The notes under the pieces: generated by a model | The model's input: only the letters and a program-made list of their open reading frames with translations | What the model was told of the DNA's origin: nothing | Databases searched by the model: none | In this document: one piece after another, positions 48,242 through 57,812 of the stretch | Layout of the letters: each line of letters begins with the position of its first letter | How positions within the stretch are numbered: the first letter of the stretch is position 1 | Program-made: the position numbers and the translations under genes | IMG/VR virus record: IMGVR_UViG_3300029106_000003 | Coordinates: 1,317 to 65,316 of that record | Origin: a virus | Direction: 5' to 3' (one strand) | DNA length: 64,000 nucleotides

Positions 48242-48589
48242 TTATTCTTTTTTTATATATACTTTGATTTCACCGGTAACATGGAGTTCATCACCAACTT
48301 TTTCAACGGAGTATTCTATTAGCCCCCTCTGGTTGATTGAGCTTACAATTGATTGGAGAACTTCATCCTTTACTTCTTTGATGAACATTTCATCTGATTT
48401 TCGATTAGACCAACCTTCATCAAGTTTCTTCTTTTTTCGGTAATCCTTGATTTCTTTTTTAGTTCGGGCAAGGCAGATACCAAGCTTCTTTGCTTCGTAG
48501 TTATCAACTCGTTCAATACTACTCAATCTTTCTTGTGGATTGATTTTTTCTGCTAATCTAATAAGCCAGTTTGATATTTTTGTCTTCAT
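48242..48589 (-). CDS. hypothetical protein
   Basis: 115-aa ORF. Confidence 0.35.
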   Translation of the reverse strand: MKTKISNWLIRLAEKINPQERLSSIERVDNYEAKKLGICLARTKKEIKDYRKKKKLDEGWSNRKSDEMFIKEVKDEVLQSIVSSINQRGLIEYSVEKVGDELHVTGEIKVYIKKE

Positions 48590-48664
48590 GATTTTAAGTT
48601 TTAAGCCAGCAGCGTAAACATCTGCTTACGCTGCTTTAACCTTTTTTACAGCTTGGCAGATAGG

Positions 48665-49165
48665 CTATTGTACAATTTCCCAGTCTTCTGCAAACACATC
48701 ACTGATGGATGGTACCCACGAATCAGCACGTCCCGTATTTTCGTTATAGATAAGGCATTGGCTTGTATAGTCAATAAAACCTTTTCCTTTCAGAATAAGG
48801 TCTTTTGCTGATTGAGGAAGCGATTGCATCTTGGGAATGGTATCGCTTTCAATATGTGCAGGCACTTGCTTGAATACCGTCAGGCCTTTGCCGTTCCAGC
48901 CGTTTCTACGGATAGCCCCACCTTGCTTCAAAACTTCGATAGCATCACCGAAACACATAGGAGTTTCTTTCTTGACTTCTCGATATGATTCTTCAAACAA
49001 TTCTTTGGGGGACCAACTTTCATAGCCATATTCAGCACGAGTGTGATATCCAAGCTTGCAAGATTCATGCTCTCCTATTTCACTTTTTACCAAACCTTTA
49101 CGGCAAGCTTCGCCTAATGTCATAGGTTCTGCTTCAATCTGTTTTGTGCTAATGTACTTTTTCAT
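48665..49165 (-). CDS. DUF2829-like phage protein
   Basis: FGDAIEVLKQGGAIRRNGWNGKGL signature. Confidence 0.45.
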   Translation of the reverse strand: MKKYISTKQIEAEPMTLGEACRKGLVKSEIGEHESCKLGYHTRAEYGYESWSPKELFEESYREVKKETPMCFGDAIEVLKQGGAIRRNGWNGKGLTVFKQVPAHIESDTIPKMQSLPQSAKDLILKGKGFIDYTSQCLIYNENTGRADSWVPSISDVFAEDWEIVQ

Positions 49166-49186
49166 GATAGTATATTTATTTACAAA

Positions 49187-49477
49187 TTAAACATCTTCCT
49201 CTTCATAAGCCATCTTTGCACTCATGACACCAACCGAACTTAGCATCCTGATAGAAAGCCCCTTTTGTACGTCAAGCTCAAAAATCATATTGTCATTGAA
49301 TTGAGCGGCAGGGTATTGATACAATAGCGCATAATCCATTCCTTCCAGCTTTGCGTATATACTAAGTGTGCCACTCTTCTCTCTGTCTATCTGCATTACA
49401 CATTTTCCAACAGAAGTAAACTCACAGGAATAGCCCTGTTTTTCTTTACTAAATTCTAGTACATCAGTTTTTGCCAT
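49187..49477 (-). CDS. hypothetical protein
   Basis: 96-aa ORF. Confidence 0.35.
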   Translation of the reverse strand: MAKTDVLEFSKEKQGYSCEFTSVGKCVMQIDREKSGTLSIYAKLEGMDYALLYQYPAAQFNDNMIFELDVQKGLSIRMLSSVGVMSAKMAYEEEDV

Positions 49478-49497
49478 AATATTTATATTTTAGATTA

Positions 49498-50898
49498 TTA
49501 TTCCGGTTCTTCGAATATATTGCTTATCCTGCTTCTGGAAGCATCTGCATCTTCTTTTTGGATTTGGGCAAGAGTTTCTTGTGGATCAGTAGAGATACCT
49601 AAGTTCTTGATGGCCTCTAATTGGCTGACAACTGCTTTTCCACCACTTGCTGTAACCCATTTTTCTATTTCTGACTTTTCATCATTTTGGATAAACGGAG
49701 TTATGATGTGCTCAACCTCAACATTATCTACTTCATTTTTCCAAGAAACATTCATCATTTTTAGAAAGGCTTTGATTACGCTACATTCACGTTCAAATGC
49801 TTCTATCCATGCACCACTTTCATCTCCAACCTTTAAATGAGCGTCAGTAAGTAAAGTCTGCCTTGCATCAAATCCGATATTGCCAAGAGACTTCATGTTT
49901 TCGAAGGAAATATCCGGCATTTGTGATTGTGACCAGAACAACTCAACAAGGGTATCGACATGATATTTTAATGCCTCGATAGATTGTGCCCATGAAACAT
50001 AGGACACGTCCCCGTTTTGTTCTACTCGGTAAACTCTACGGCTTTCTCCTTTATCTTCTCCTCCTTTTATGCCACCTGCTATTTTTAGGATAGGAGCGGA
50101 GTTATATGCTATGACATCGCTATTGCGTGAGAGGGTATATTCGATTTCTTTTCTGATATAGGAAAGACCGTGATAAATGGGAACAGGACGATAAACGTAT
50201 ACTCCAGGTATTTTCAGAATAACGACCGGTTCTGATTTTACTAATTCCCAGCCGTTTCCCTGTTGTTTCCATTTATAATGAATGTTTGCCGTGTATGTCT
50301 CGAAATAGGTAACTTCTTCATTTTTGGCCTTTTTTGTGTATTCAAAAGACATTGCGATCATATCGCCAAGCTCATCAAGTAGAGGGTATAAGCTAACACC
50401 GTCCATTGGTGAGTAGGTTTTGCATTTTAGCTTATATTTACTTTTAAAGCCGTATAGAGTGTTGGGATTCTCAACTGTGTACCAAATGGTGAACACTTCG
50501 CATGAAGCAAAGTAAGCATTGCCTCGCTTAATATTCTCACTGTCAATACGGGCATACTTATATATCGCTTCAATCGCTTTCGCAATACTTTGGCGGGTTT
50601 CATTGTCTTCTATATTGTGATATACACGTTTAACCGGGATAGCGAACATGAATTCAGTCATTCGCTTGGTGAGGAGTTTTTCAAGTCCGATGTAGATACG
50701 GGAAGCTTTTTCTGTATCTCCATTAGAGCGGATCTTATCTTTACGGGTAACTGTGTCAGATACTATATCATGTTCTGTTGGTTCGTAGTCTTTGAGAAGT
50801 TTATCCCATGAGGGGACTGTTACAGACTTTTCTTTCAAATCGTTGATTATGTTATCAACGGGCCGCGTACTGTCTAAGATAGAGGTGATTTCGTCCAT
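49498..50898 (-). CDS. portal protein
   Basis: 466 aa, SPP1 gp6-like composition, located upstream of MuF-like gene. Confidence 0.6.
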   Translation of the reverse strand: MDEITSILDSTRPVDNIINDLKEKSVTVPSWDKLLKDYEPTEHDIVSDTVTRKDKIRSNGDTEKASRIYIGLEKLLTKRMTEFMFAIPVKRVYHNIEDNETRQSIAKAIEAIYKYARIDSENIKRGNAYFASCEVFTIWYTVENPNTLYGFKSKYKLKCKTYSPMDGVSLYPLLDELGDMIAMSFEYTKKAKNEEVTYFETYTANIHYKWKQQGNGWELVKSEPVVILKIPGVYVYRPVPIYHGLSYIRKEIEYTLSRNSDVIAYNSAPILKIAGGIKGGEDKGESRRVYRVEQNGDVSYVSWAQSIEALKYHVDTLVELFWSQSQMPDISFENMKSLGNIGFDARQTLLTDAHLKVGDESGAWIEAFERECSVIKAFLKMMNVSWKNEVDNVEVEHIITPFIQNDEKSEIEKWVTASGGKAVVSQLEAIKNLGISTDPQETLAQIQKEDADASRSRISNIFEEPE

Positions 50899-50976
50899 TT
50901 GAGTAGAATATTACTTAATATTCGTTTTTACTTGGTGCAAATATAATAAAAGTCGCGTAATTTATATCACTTTTAT

Positions 50977-51249
50977 TTATAAATATCCAACTAATTTGAT
51001 AGCTTCATGCATGTAATAAGGGAAATTAATGACAGCAATCTCACCAGAATATCCACAACGCCATAATTCAGCCTGCCAATCTTGTATATCATCACGTTCA
51101 TCAATATTGTACTTCTTCATTAAATCTCTCATGATAGCGCAATCCTCATATCTTTCCGTAACTTTAGCAGAAGAATAAAGATTGAGTAAGACGTATTCTC
51201 CATAAAGGAGGAGTACTTTTTCAAATATATCAAGTCGATCTTGTGTCAT
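50977..51249 (-). CDS. hypothetical protein
   Basis: 90-aa ORF. Confidence 0.35.
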   Translation of the reverse strand: MTQDRLDIFEKVLLLYGEYVLLNLYSSAKVTERYEDCAIMRDLMKKYNIDERDDIQDWQAELWRCGYSGEIAVINFPYYMHEAIKLVGYL

Positions 51250-51257
51250 ATCTATTT

Positions 51258-51575
51258 TTAAAAGTCACACATTATAGTATATTTAGTTTGCAAAATCTTT
51301 AGAACCTTCTCTGTTACATGAATTATATTTTCATTATACCTTCTTACGTTTCTACCATATCCCTGTATGTCTTTGTTTATCTCCTGGCGAAGTGTAGTAC
51401 TTTTAGGCAAACTGATTTCATAGAAATTGCCATCAATTGAAGTTATCAACATATCAGCTTGCTTCTTTTGACAATCAAGTTCTGTTTCTTTGTATTCACC
51501 TTTGGGAATGAAATTAGGATTGGGTACTAAGTAGCCTTCTGCTACTACATTTCCATTTATATCATATACTTTCAT
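51258..51575 (-). CDS. hypothetical protein
   Basis: 105-aa ORF. Confidence 0.35.
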   Translation of the reverse strand: MKVYDINGNVVAEGYLVPNPNFIPKGEYKETELDCQKKQADMLITSIDGNFYEISLPKSTTLRQEINKDIQGYGRNVRRYNENIIHVTEKVLKILQTKYTIMCDF

Positions 51576-51862
51576 AATCGTGTTTTCATGACATTATCAG
51601 TAATTTTGTTCCCTGTACTATCAAATACTTCTATGGTTGGTCTACCTCCGTTATCAATAGGAGAAATAGCCTCTGATGTTTCATATAAAGTTTCTCCGTC
51701 TGTAACCATTATCTGCTTGTCATCTTCAAAACAAAGTACATCTTCACCTTCCCATGATTTTATTATTTCTAACGCTTCTTTATAACTTTCTGCTTCGATA
51801 GAAAACTGAGTACGCTCCCAACATGTTACTTTGCGGTCCTGATAAAAATCAAATGTTTTCAT
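51572..51862 (-). CDS. hypothetical small protein (MKT start, cassette copy C)
   Basis: 96 aa downstream of repeat cassette. Confidence 0.4.
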   Translation of the reverse strand: MKTFDFYQDRKVTCWERTQFSIEAESYKEALEIIKSWEGEDVLCFEDDKQIMVTDGETLYETSEAISPIDNGGRPTIEVFDSTGNKITDNVMKTRL

Positions 51863-51889
51863 TGCTATACTATTTTAGTAAATAATATT

Positions 51890-51990
51890 GGTTTCTTTTA
51901 GTATTGTAAAGATACTCATTATCAGTGAGTTAACCAAATATTTACAACCTTATTTTGTTCATAATCAGGAGTTTAACTTTTGGGAACTTT
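51890..51990 (-). repeat. 125-bp promoter/5'UTR cassette, copy C (more diverged)
   Basis: tattgtaaagatactcattatcag...gagtttaacttttgg shared with copies A and B. Confidence 0.55.
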
Positions 51991-52217
51991 ACAATTTCCG
52001 TTTATATCCTGCTTTGTCCCATTATAAAATCTCATCATGTTTATTCTTGTATTAATTTTTTGCTTAATATTTTTCTTTTTGAGTTGTTCACCCCACTGAT
52101 AGGCTTCCTCAATGACACTCTTGCAATGTTTCTTCTCCCAATTCTCGCAGAAAGGATATGACTTGTATATACTCTCAATCATGTTTCAAATAATTTTTTA
52201 TAACTCATATTTTACTC

Positions 52218-52652
52218 CTAATTTTCATCAAATATGCTTTCGATTTTTTTGTTCACCCTGTCACATGTATCTCCAAAGGAAATGGCAAAAGATTCGTCGC
52301 CTACACGGTCTATGATGGATCGCAGGTCACGGGCGATGTGGTTGAACGCCCGCAGTTCTTCCAGCATAGGGAGGGTAACAGTGCCGTCATATTTTTTCAG
52401 TAGCGAAAGTAAATCGACAGCGGAGGATTCTGCAATGTCCGCCAACACTGGGATTTTTCTCAGGAGGCGATTACATTTATCTTTGTCCTCTTTGCTCATG
52501 GTGTCGGTGATTGTTTTTGCCGTGACTTGCTCACGGGTTTGTAGTAGCCGGTCGTATTGCCTTCGTAAGTTGTCAAACAGAGCGAAGTCACCCCTTCTCA
52601 GAGCCTTCTCCATCTTCCGGCTGTACTCCTCTTTCAATATTTCAATGTCCAT
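52218..52652 (-). CDS. hypothetical protein
   Basis: 144-aa ORF. Confidence 0.4.
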   Translation of the reverse strand: MDIEILKEEYSRKMEKALRRGDFALFDNLRRQYDRLLQTREQVTAKTITDTMSKEDKDKCNRLLRKIPVLADIAESSAVDLLSLLKKYDGTVTLPMLEELRAFNHIARDLRSIIDRVGDESFAISFGDTCDRVNKKIESIFDEN

Positions 52653-52881
52653 GATTATTCCAAAGTTTAACTAATTGTTTTTCTGTATATGGTTCTTTTA
52701 CACCCATATTTGCATTCACATACCATATTCCTATGGAATCAACAAGTATGAACTCATTTATCTTTATCTGGTATATCTCACTATCGGGGTGTGCTTCTTT
52801 TACAGCAATTAATGTATCTCCATTTGTATAGCAGCTTGTTAGTATAAGCGATACTAATAAAAGCAATAAAAATTTCTTCAT
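52642..52881 (-). CDS. small lipoprotein
   Basis: MKKFLLLLLVSLILTSC. Confidence 0.45.
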   Translation of the reverse strand: MKKFLLLLLVSLILTSCYTNGDTLIAVKEAHPDSEIYQIKINEFILVDSIGIWYVNANMGVKEPYTEKQLVKLWNNHGH

Positions 52882-52883
52882 AG

Positions 52884-53621
52884 TTACTCCTCCCACTCGA
52901 TTTTAATGGTTGTAATATAGCCATATTCTATACTTCTATTTTTCAAGGCATCTTCCTTAGTTAAATAAGCACAACAAACTGTATCCTCGAAATCTTTATA
53001 GATATTAATCCACCCCTCTTTCTTTTCGGGGAGCATCATGAGGTCTCTTTCAGTTCCAACATTACATTTTCCATCTTTGTTGTAATAGAATATAGCTTCA
53101 CATCCTTTATCTTCCAATAATGCTATAATTGGATAATTACCTTTGTTAATAGTATCAAAGCAAATAATCCTTGCCTTTCTACCATCACGAGTACATACAG
53201 GTTTACCGGCTTTGGCTGCTTCGAAGTCAAAGGGTTTTAGATTCAATTTCTTTTCTTCCATATTTTCTAATTTTAATTCGGTTTCTACTAAAAATGAGTC
53301 TTTATCACAGGAGTCAAAATTACATGCTTGCTCTTTAAACAAACAGTGCACACATGAGTATCCATCAATAGACCTCAATCTTTGAAGTACTTTACCCTCA
53401 TAAACAAAAGGCTCTCCGACCTTTTCAAGTTTCTTGAAGATTACAGATTTACCATCTTTTCTATTGCTTGATAAACATTCTCCTCTTATCTTAAATGCAT
53501 CAATACAATGAATATTATTCTGGACAGTTAAATTACAATTCTCACATCCAAAAGATTTTGTATGAATACACTGATACCATTCTCCGTTGTACTCAAATAT
53601 TTCTCCTACTTTTCTTTCCAT
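52884..53621 (-). CDS. hypothetical Cys-rich protein
   Basis: 245-aa ORF. Confidence 0.4.
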   Translation of the reverse strand: MERKVGEIFEYNGEWYQCIHTKSFGCENCNLTVQNNIHCIDAFKIRGECLSSNRKDGKSVIFKKLEKVGEPFVYEGKVLQRLRSIDGYSCVHCLFKEQACNFDSCDKDSFLVETELKLENMEEKKLNLKPFDFEAAKAGKPVCTRDGRKARIICFDTINKGNYPIIALLEDKGCEAIFYYNKDGKCNVGTERDLMMLPEKKEGWINIYKDFEDTVCCAYLTKEDALKNRSIEYGYITTIKIEWEE

Positions 53622-53992
53622 ATCTTACTGTATTTTAATCGTTCAAATTCTATTATCTCCTTATCCCATAGTTGGGCCACGAAATGTTCTAACTGGCAGC
53701 CCTTGGATTTTTCCCAACCGGGGCAAAGGCATATCGCATCGCATTCCATTAGTGCCTTTATATCGTTTCCCAGAAGTTCATGATAGGGTTTGTCCAAATC
53801 GGGGTTTACATCGAAGTCTATCGGTGTGACGACACGGTAACCTTCCCCTTCGAGGACTCCCGAAACGTATAGTATTTCACTTTCCACTTCATCGAAGTCC
53901 CTGCCGGTGATGGGTAGGGAGATGTAGATTTTCTTTTTATTCATTTTCAATGATTGCTTTATAATATTATCTGTTATCTCCATTTCCGCCAA
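53606..53992 (-). CDS. nucleoside 2-deoxyribosyltransferase-like (DUF4406-type) protein
   Basis: KIYISLPITG...LMECDAICLCPGWEKSKGCQLE pattern. Confidence 0.4.
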   Translation of the reverse strand: MAEMEITDNIIKQSLKMNKKKIYISLPITGRDFDEVESEILYVSGVLEGEGYRVVTPIDFDVNPDLDKPYHELLGNDIKALMECDAICLCPGWEKSKGCQLEHFVAQLWDKEIIEFERLKYSKIWKEK

Positions 53993-54293
53993 TCACACCC
54001 CTTTGTTTCCGGGAAGCTAATTTGGTATAGTTCATTTCTCCGATTTTTTCAAGCGTATATCCTAAGTCATGTGAGAGGGTAGCGATATACCAAAGCACAT
54101 CGCCGAGTTCCTTTGCCAATTCGCATTTTATGCTTTCTGAGAAATCTCCGTTGTGGTCTCGTAGTACCTTTTTTACTTTATCCGATACTTCGCCGGCTTC
54201 TCCAGTCAGTCCGAGTGTCGGGTAAATTATGTTATATTCTCTCCGGTATTGAGCTGTTTCAAGTGCCTTTTTCTGATATTCATTCAGTGTCAT
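53967..54293 (-). CDS. MazG-like NTP pyrophosphohydrolase
   Basis: LGLTGEAGEVSDKVKK...LAKELGDVLWYIATL. Confidence 0.7.
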   Translation of the reverse strand: MTLNEYQKKALETAQYRREYNIIYPTLGLTGEAGEVSDKVKKVLRDHNGDFSESIKCELAKELGDVLWYIATLSHDLGYTLEKIGEMNYTKLASRKQRGVIGGNGDNR

Positions 54294-54425
54294 TTTTATT
54301 CTCCTTTTTAGTTATAATATTGATTATCTCATTATGTTTGGTATTAAATCTTTGATGTATGCCCTGCGAACTATATTTACATCACGTAAAAAGAGGAAAA
54401 GACCTTGTTCGTCCGTAATCATATT

Positions 54426-54962
54426 TCATTTTAAATCGAATATCTTGCTTGAATCCCTAATAGAATCAATAGACATCTTGGCACTCATTTGCCCCATAAA
54501 TTCAGCGAAATCCATCGCCCGATCCCAACTAGACCATCTATGAGTAATCTCTACTAGTTCAAAAGCATTTAGTAATACCAATTTTTCGTTTTTCTCTCTC
54601 AGGTCATTTACAGCATTTCTTACTCTGTGATAAAGCTTGCAATTATATCTTTTTGCGTTATACGGTTCCGCACCTTCTCTTGGTTCAATACTACGATATT
54701 TAACCGAAAACGAAGGAAGTTTATCTTCGCACATTGCATTATATACATCACTCTCTACCGGGCCATATGGCATAGCATAGAAATTATCGAATATATCCAA
54801 AAGGTCATCGCCTCCATCTTTCTTAGGAGCAGCAGCCAAAAACAGCAGCTTCATGGCTGTAAGTTTAGGAAACGGTTTGCCCTTAATCGTTTCATGATTA
54901 TCCCGCCACTCCTCAAAAAGATGGAGCATATAATCAAATGCCTCTATTTTATCTACTTCCAT
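54426..54962 (-). CDS. Panacea domain (DUF4065) antitoxin-type protein, second copy
   Basis: LTAMKLLFLAAAP...FYAMPYGPVESDVY. Confidence 0.65.
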   Translation of the reverse strand: MEVDKIEAFDYMLHLFEEWRDNHETIKGKPFPKLTAMKLLFLAAAPKKDGGDDLLDIFDNFYAMPYGPVESDVYNAMCEDKLPSFSVKYRSIEPREGAEPYNAKRYNCKLYHRVRNAVNDLREKNEKLVLLNAFELVEITHRWSSWDRAMDFAEFMGQMSAKMSIDSIRDSSKIFDLK

Positions 54963-54966
54963 AATT

Positions 54967-55608
54967 TCACTTTACCAGTTCGAAATCATACACAAATACA
55001 TAGGGGTTGTTCTCCCATGTGCCTTTACCGCTTATCTTGTCGATTAAGTATGAATAAGCCCCTTGTGGCGTGCAAAAAGGATCTTTTTTTAATGTCGGAA
55101 TATAATATGCGTCCATAAAATGGGTATCTTCACTGCCGACTTTGCCTTTTATTATTCCCTCTTTCAAACAATCTTCATCTGAAATATCTTGTAACCGTTC
55201 AGCACGTACATTAGTTATGCGGATTTGGTGTGGCATTAGCTCTGGCTTCACATACATTTTATTTGTCCAGCCTGCACCGTTTGGGAATAAATTAGGATTG
55301 CACTCATCATTGTAAAAGGAATTGTAGCTTTGAGCTATGGCTATGATTTCACCTACTTTATACGGGAGTCGGAATATGCTACCACCTTCCAGCTTTGCTC
55401 CATAACCACAGAACTCACAATAAACACTACCATCTTCGTTGACAACCAAACTCATGGGTTTGTCCTTCCAATATGCTGATTTATACCAACAATGTACCGT
55501 AGAACAGTCCTCCGGTTGTGGATTCATTATCCGCCTTGTCTGAGTTTTTATACCTTCAAGTACGGCTTGTGTGAGTCCGTTTTTATCATTGAACATTATT
55601 TTCTTCAT
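54967..55608 (-). CDS. ASCH/PUA-like domain protein (candidate PanA partner)
   Basis: MFNDKNGLTQAVLEGIKTQTRR N-terminal ASCH-like signature; 4-nt gap to PanA gene. Confidence 0.4.
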   Translation of the reverse strand: MKKIMFNDKNGLTQAVLEGIKTQTRRIMNPQPEDCSTVHCWYKSAYWKDKPMSLVVNEDGSVYCEFCGYGAKLEGGSIFRLPYKVGEIIAIAQSYNSFYNDECNPNLFPNGAGWTNKMYVKPELMPHQIRITNVRAERLQDISDEDCLKEGIIKGKVGSEDTHFMDAYYIPTLKKDPFCTPQGAYSYLIDKISGKGTWENNPYVFVYDFELVK

Positions 55609-55791
55609 ATTTCAATCGCCATTAATTAAATCCAAATTATAAATACATAATCGCTATTAACTGTACGATTTATATCATTAGTCTCATAAAGCGAAGCTAC
55701 TTTAATAAGTTTTGACTTATCTTCCACTTTTTCAAGTTCGTCAATCAATTCTTGTACTGTCATATTCTTTTCTTTTTAAGTCTTTCAACCT

Positions 55792-56325
55792 CTATTCCTC
55801 CTTTATAATTTCTTTCATGAAACAAATCCAGTGTGTATTAGATCGTTTGCCGGATATATGCCCGAATATTGGTTTTTCAGGTGTGAGTTTGAGAACTTCC
55901 GACACTTTGATGTCGGTCTCGTTCCATTTGAAAATCAAAAATCCTCCGGGTTTCAGGACTCTAAAACATTCTTTAAATCCCTTTGCCAGCATATCACGCC
56001 AATCTGAATACAGAGCTCCATATTTAATTTGTTGGTAGCCTGTTGGCGATGCTTTTTCGTTCAAACTTCCGTACATATCTGCCATCTTTGACTTTCCAGC
56101 ATTCCTTAATAAGTGAGGCGGATCGAAAACTACCATCGAAAAAGATTTATCCTCATAGGGCATATTTGTAAAGTCGGCTTGTATGTCGGGATTTACTTCA
56201 AATAATCTACCATCGCATAAATGAGTAGATACCTTTCGAATGTCTTGAAAAAGAACTCTTTCGTCATGTTTGTCGAAGTAGAACATCTTTCCCCCACAAC
56301 AGGCATCTAATATCGTTTTTCTCAT
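55792..56325 (-). CDS. DNA methyltransferase (N6-adenine or N4-cytosine; DPPH motif)
   Basis: ILDACCGGKMFYF (motif I) and VVFDPPHLL (motif IV). Confidence 0.7.
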   Translation of the reverse strand: MRKTILDACCGGKMFYFDKHDERVLFQDIRKVSTHLCDGRLFEVNPDIQADFTNMPYEDKSFSMVVFDPPHLLRNAGKSKMADMYGSLNEKASPTGYQQIKYGALYSDWRDMLAKGFKECFRVLKPGGFLIFKWNETDIKVSEVLKLTPEKPIFGHISGKRSNTHWICFMKEIIKEE

Positions 56326-56654
56326 TGCTCTCCTCCTTTCTTCAATTCAGCAATGAGGGCATCGGCACATTCTATTGCATATTGCGCTTGTGCCATTGTA
56401 TTTTTGAATCCTGTTGTGTCATTGTTATGTTGTTCAGCAGAAGTCATCATATCTTTGGCTATCTCATACCTGCGTTGCTCCCAATCAATGTTCTTGTGTT
56501 TTTCTTCTTTAATAAATTCAAGCTCTGATTGCACGTATGTACACCAACTACGCTTGTTATCAACATATTGACGCTCCACTCCTCTTTTGGTGATAATATT
56601 TTCTATCCGTGATACCTCTATGACTTCGCCAGTCGATTTAATTTTTGCTTTCAT
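56322..56654 (-). CDS. hypothetical protein
   Basis: 110-aa ORF. Confidence 0.35.
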   Translation of the reverse strand: MKAKIKSTGEVIEVSRIENIITKRGVERQYVDNKRSWCTYVQSELEFIKEEKHKNIDWEQRRYEIAKDMMTSAEQHNNDTTGFKNTMAQAQYAIECADALIAELKKGGEQ

Positions 56655-56685
56655 TGTTCTCCTCCTTTCATAAGTCCGGTTTCTC

Positions 56686-56907
56686 TCATATCCGTATACT
56701 TTTTACTCTTATTTCCATTAACTCTAATAATGCCTTTCTCAAATCTCTATCCATGCCTACGCCGGAAACATTTTCGAAATAACATTGCCATACTTTCTTA
56801 TGGCTGTCGAAAATGATTAACAGGTCGTGTAACCCGATTGTCGGCTTATGAGACAGTATCTCCGATACGATGTCTTCTAGGGGTTCTGTTGGTGATTCTT
56901 TTTTCAT
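56686..56907 (-). CDS. hypothetical protein
   Basis: 73-aa ORF. Confidence 0.3.
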   Translation of the reverse strand: MKKESPTEPLEDIVSEILSHKPTIGLHDLLIIFDSHKKVWQCYFENVSGVGMDRDLRKALLELMEIRVKSIRI

Positions 56908-56975
56908 AACTTATTGTTGAAATAGTCTTACCCGTAGCCTAATTACTGTATGATCTACATCTAACAACCCTATCC

Positions 56976-57278
56976 TCATAAGTCACTGAGATTAAAAGTT
57001 TTTATTTCCTCCTCGGTGAACCAATATTTGACTTTGAGAGGCCTTATGCTGTAAAGCATTTCGTCGTAGCTATTCCTATTGTATATCTCGTCTAATCGGC
57101 TATATAGTTGCTTAGCTCTGTCTATGTCTTCATAGATAACTCGCTGAACTTCTTCATGAGAACAGTTGATAATATGCATCGAGAAAACATATACTTGGTT
57201 ATTCCTTATGTCAAGATAAATAAATATTACAAGCGTCATAAAAAGAATGGCTAATCCCGCTATCAATGTTATTTCCAT
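56976..57278 (-). CDS. small membrane protein
   Basis: N-terminal TM EITLIAGLAILFMTLVIFIYL. Confidence 0.35.
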   Translation of the reverse strand: MEITLIAGLAILFMTLVIFIYLDIRNNQVYVFSMHIINCSHEEVQRVIYEDIDRAKQLYSRLDEIYNRNSYDEMLYSIRPLKVKYWFTEEEIKTFNLSDL

Positions 57279-57299
57279 GTCATTTCTCCTTTCTTAATT

Positions 57300-57812
57300 T
57301 TACTTCAAATCATTCATTTCATATCCCATGTTAAACAGCCATTTGAGCTCTTCCCATTCCTCGAACGTGAGGCTGGTGGTTCTGATTCGTTCCCATTCCC
57401 GTTCCTTTCCCTCATGCCTTTTCTTGTCCTCATAGAACCGCAATAGTTTCTCTCTGTCGGCTCTGAATTCTCGAAGAGACCTTGTTATCACCATAGGGTC
57501 GAAAACTCCGTAGAACGTCCCGTAAAGCCCTTGCTTGAACCGCTGGAAGAATACCATGAACTCGGTGAGCTTGAAATCGCCATAGCCGGAGATGATGATA
57601 CGGGCTATCTCCTCGTATTCCTTTTCCGTCATTCCGTCCTTGCGGACTCCCGAAAATTCGGCGAGGTCGAGAAGCTGTATTTCCAGCCACGACTCGGCGA
57701 TGTGACTGCCGAACGTCCTCGACACACGGGCTATGCTCGGAGCCTTGCCGATAAAGCAGCGTTCGAGGCTCTGGCAATAGCGGCCTTGATTGTCGGGGCT
57801 AAAAAGGCAGAG
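57300..57812 (-). CDS. hypothetical replication-region protein
   Basis: ORF 57300..57944 overlaps upstream gene; probable internal start. Confidence 0.35.
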   Translation of the reverse strand, partial: LCLFSPDNQGRYCQSLERCFIGKAPSIARVSRTFGSHIAESWLEIQLLDLAEFSGVRKDGMTEKEYEEIARIIISGYGDFKLTEFMVFFQRFKQGLYGTFYGVFDPMVITRSLREFRADREKLLRFYEDKKRHEGKEREWERIRTTSLTFEEWEELKWLFNMGYEMNDLK

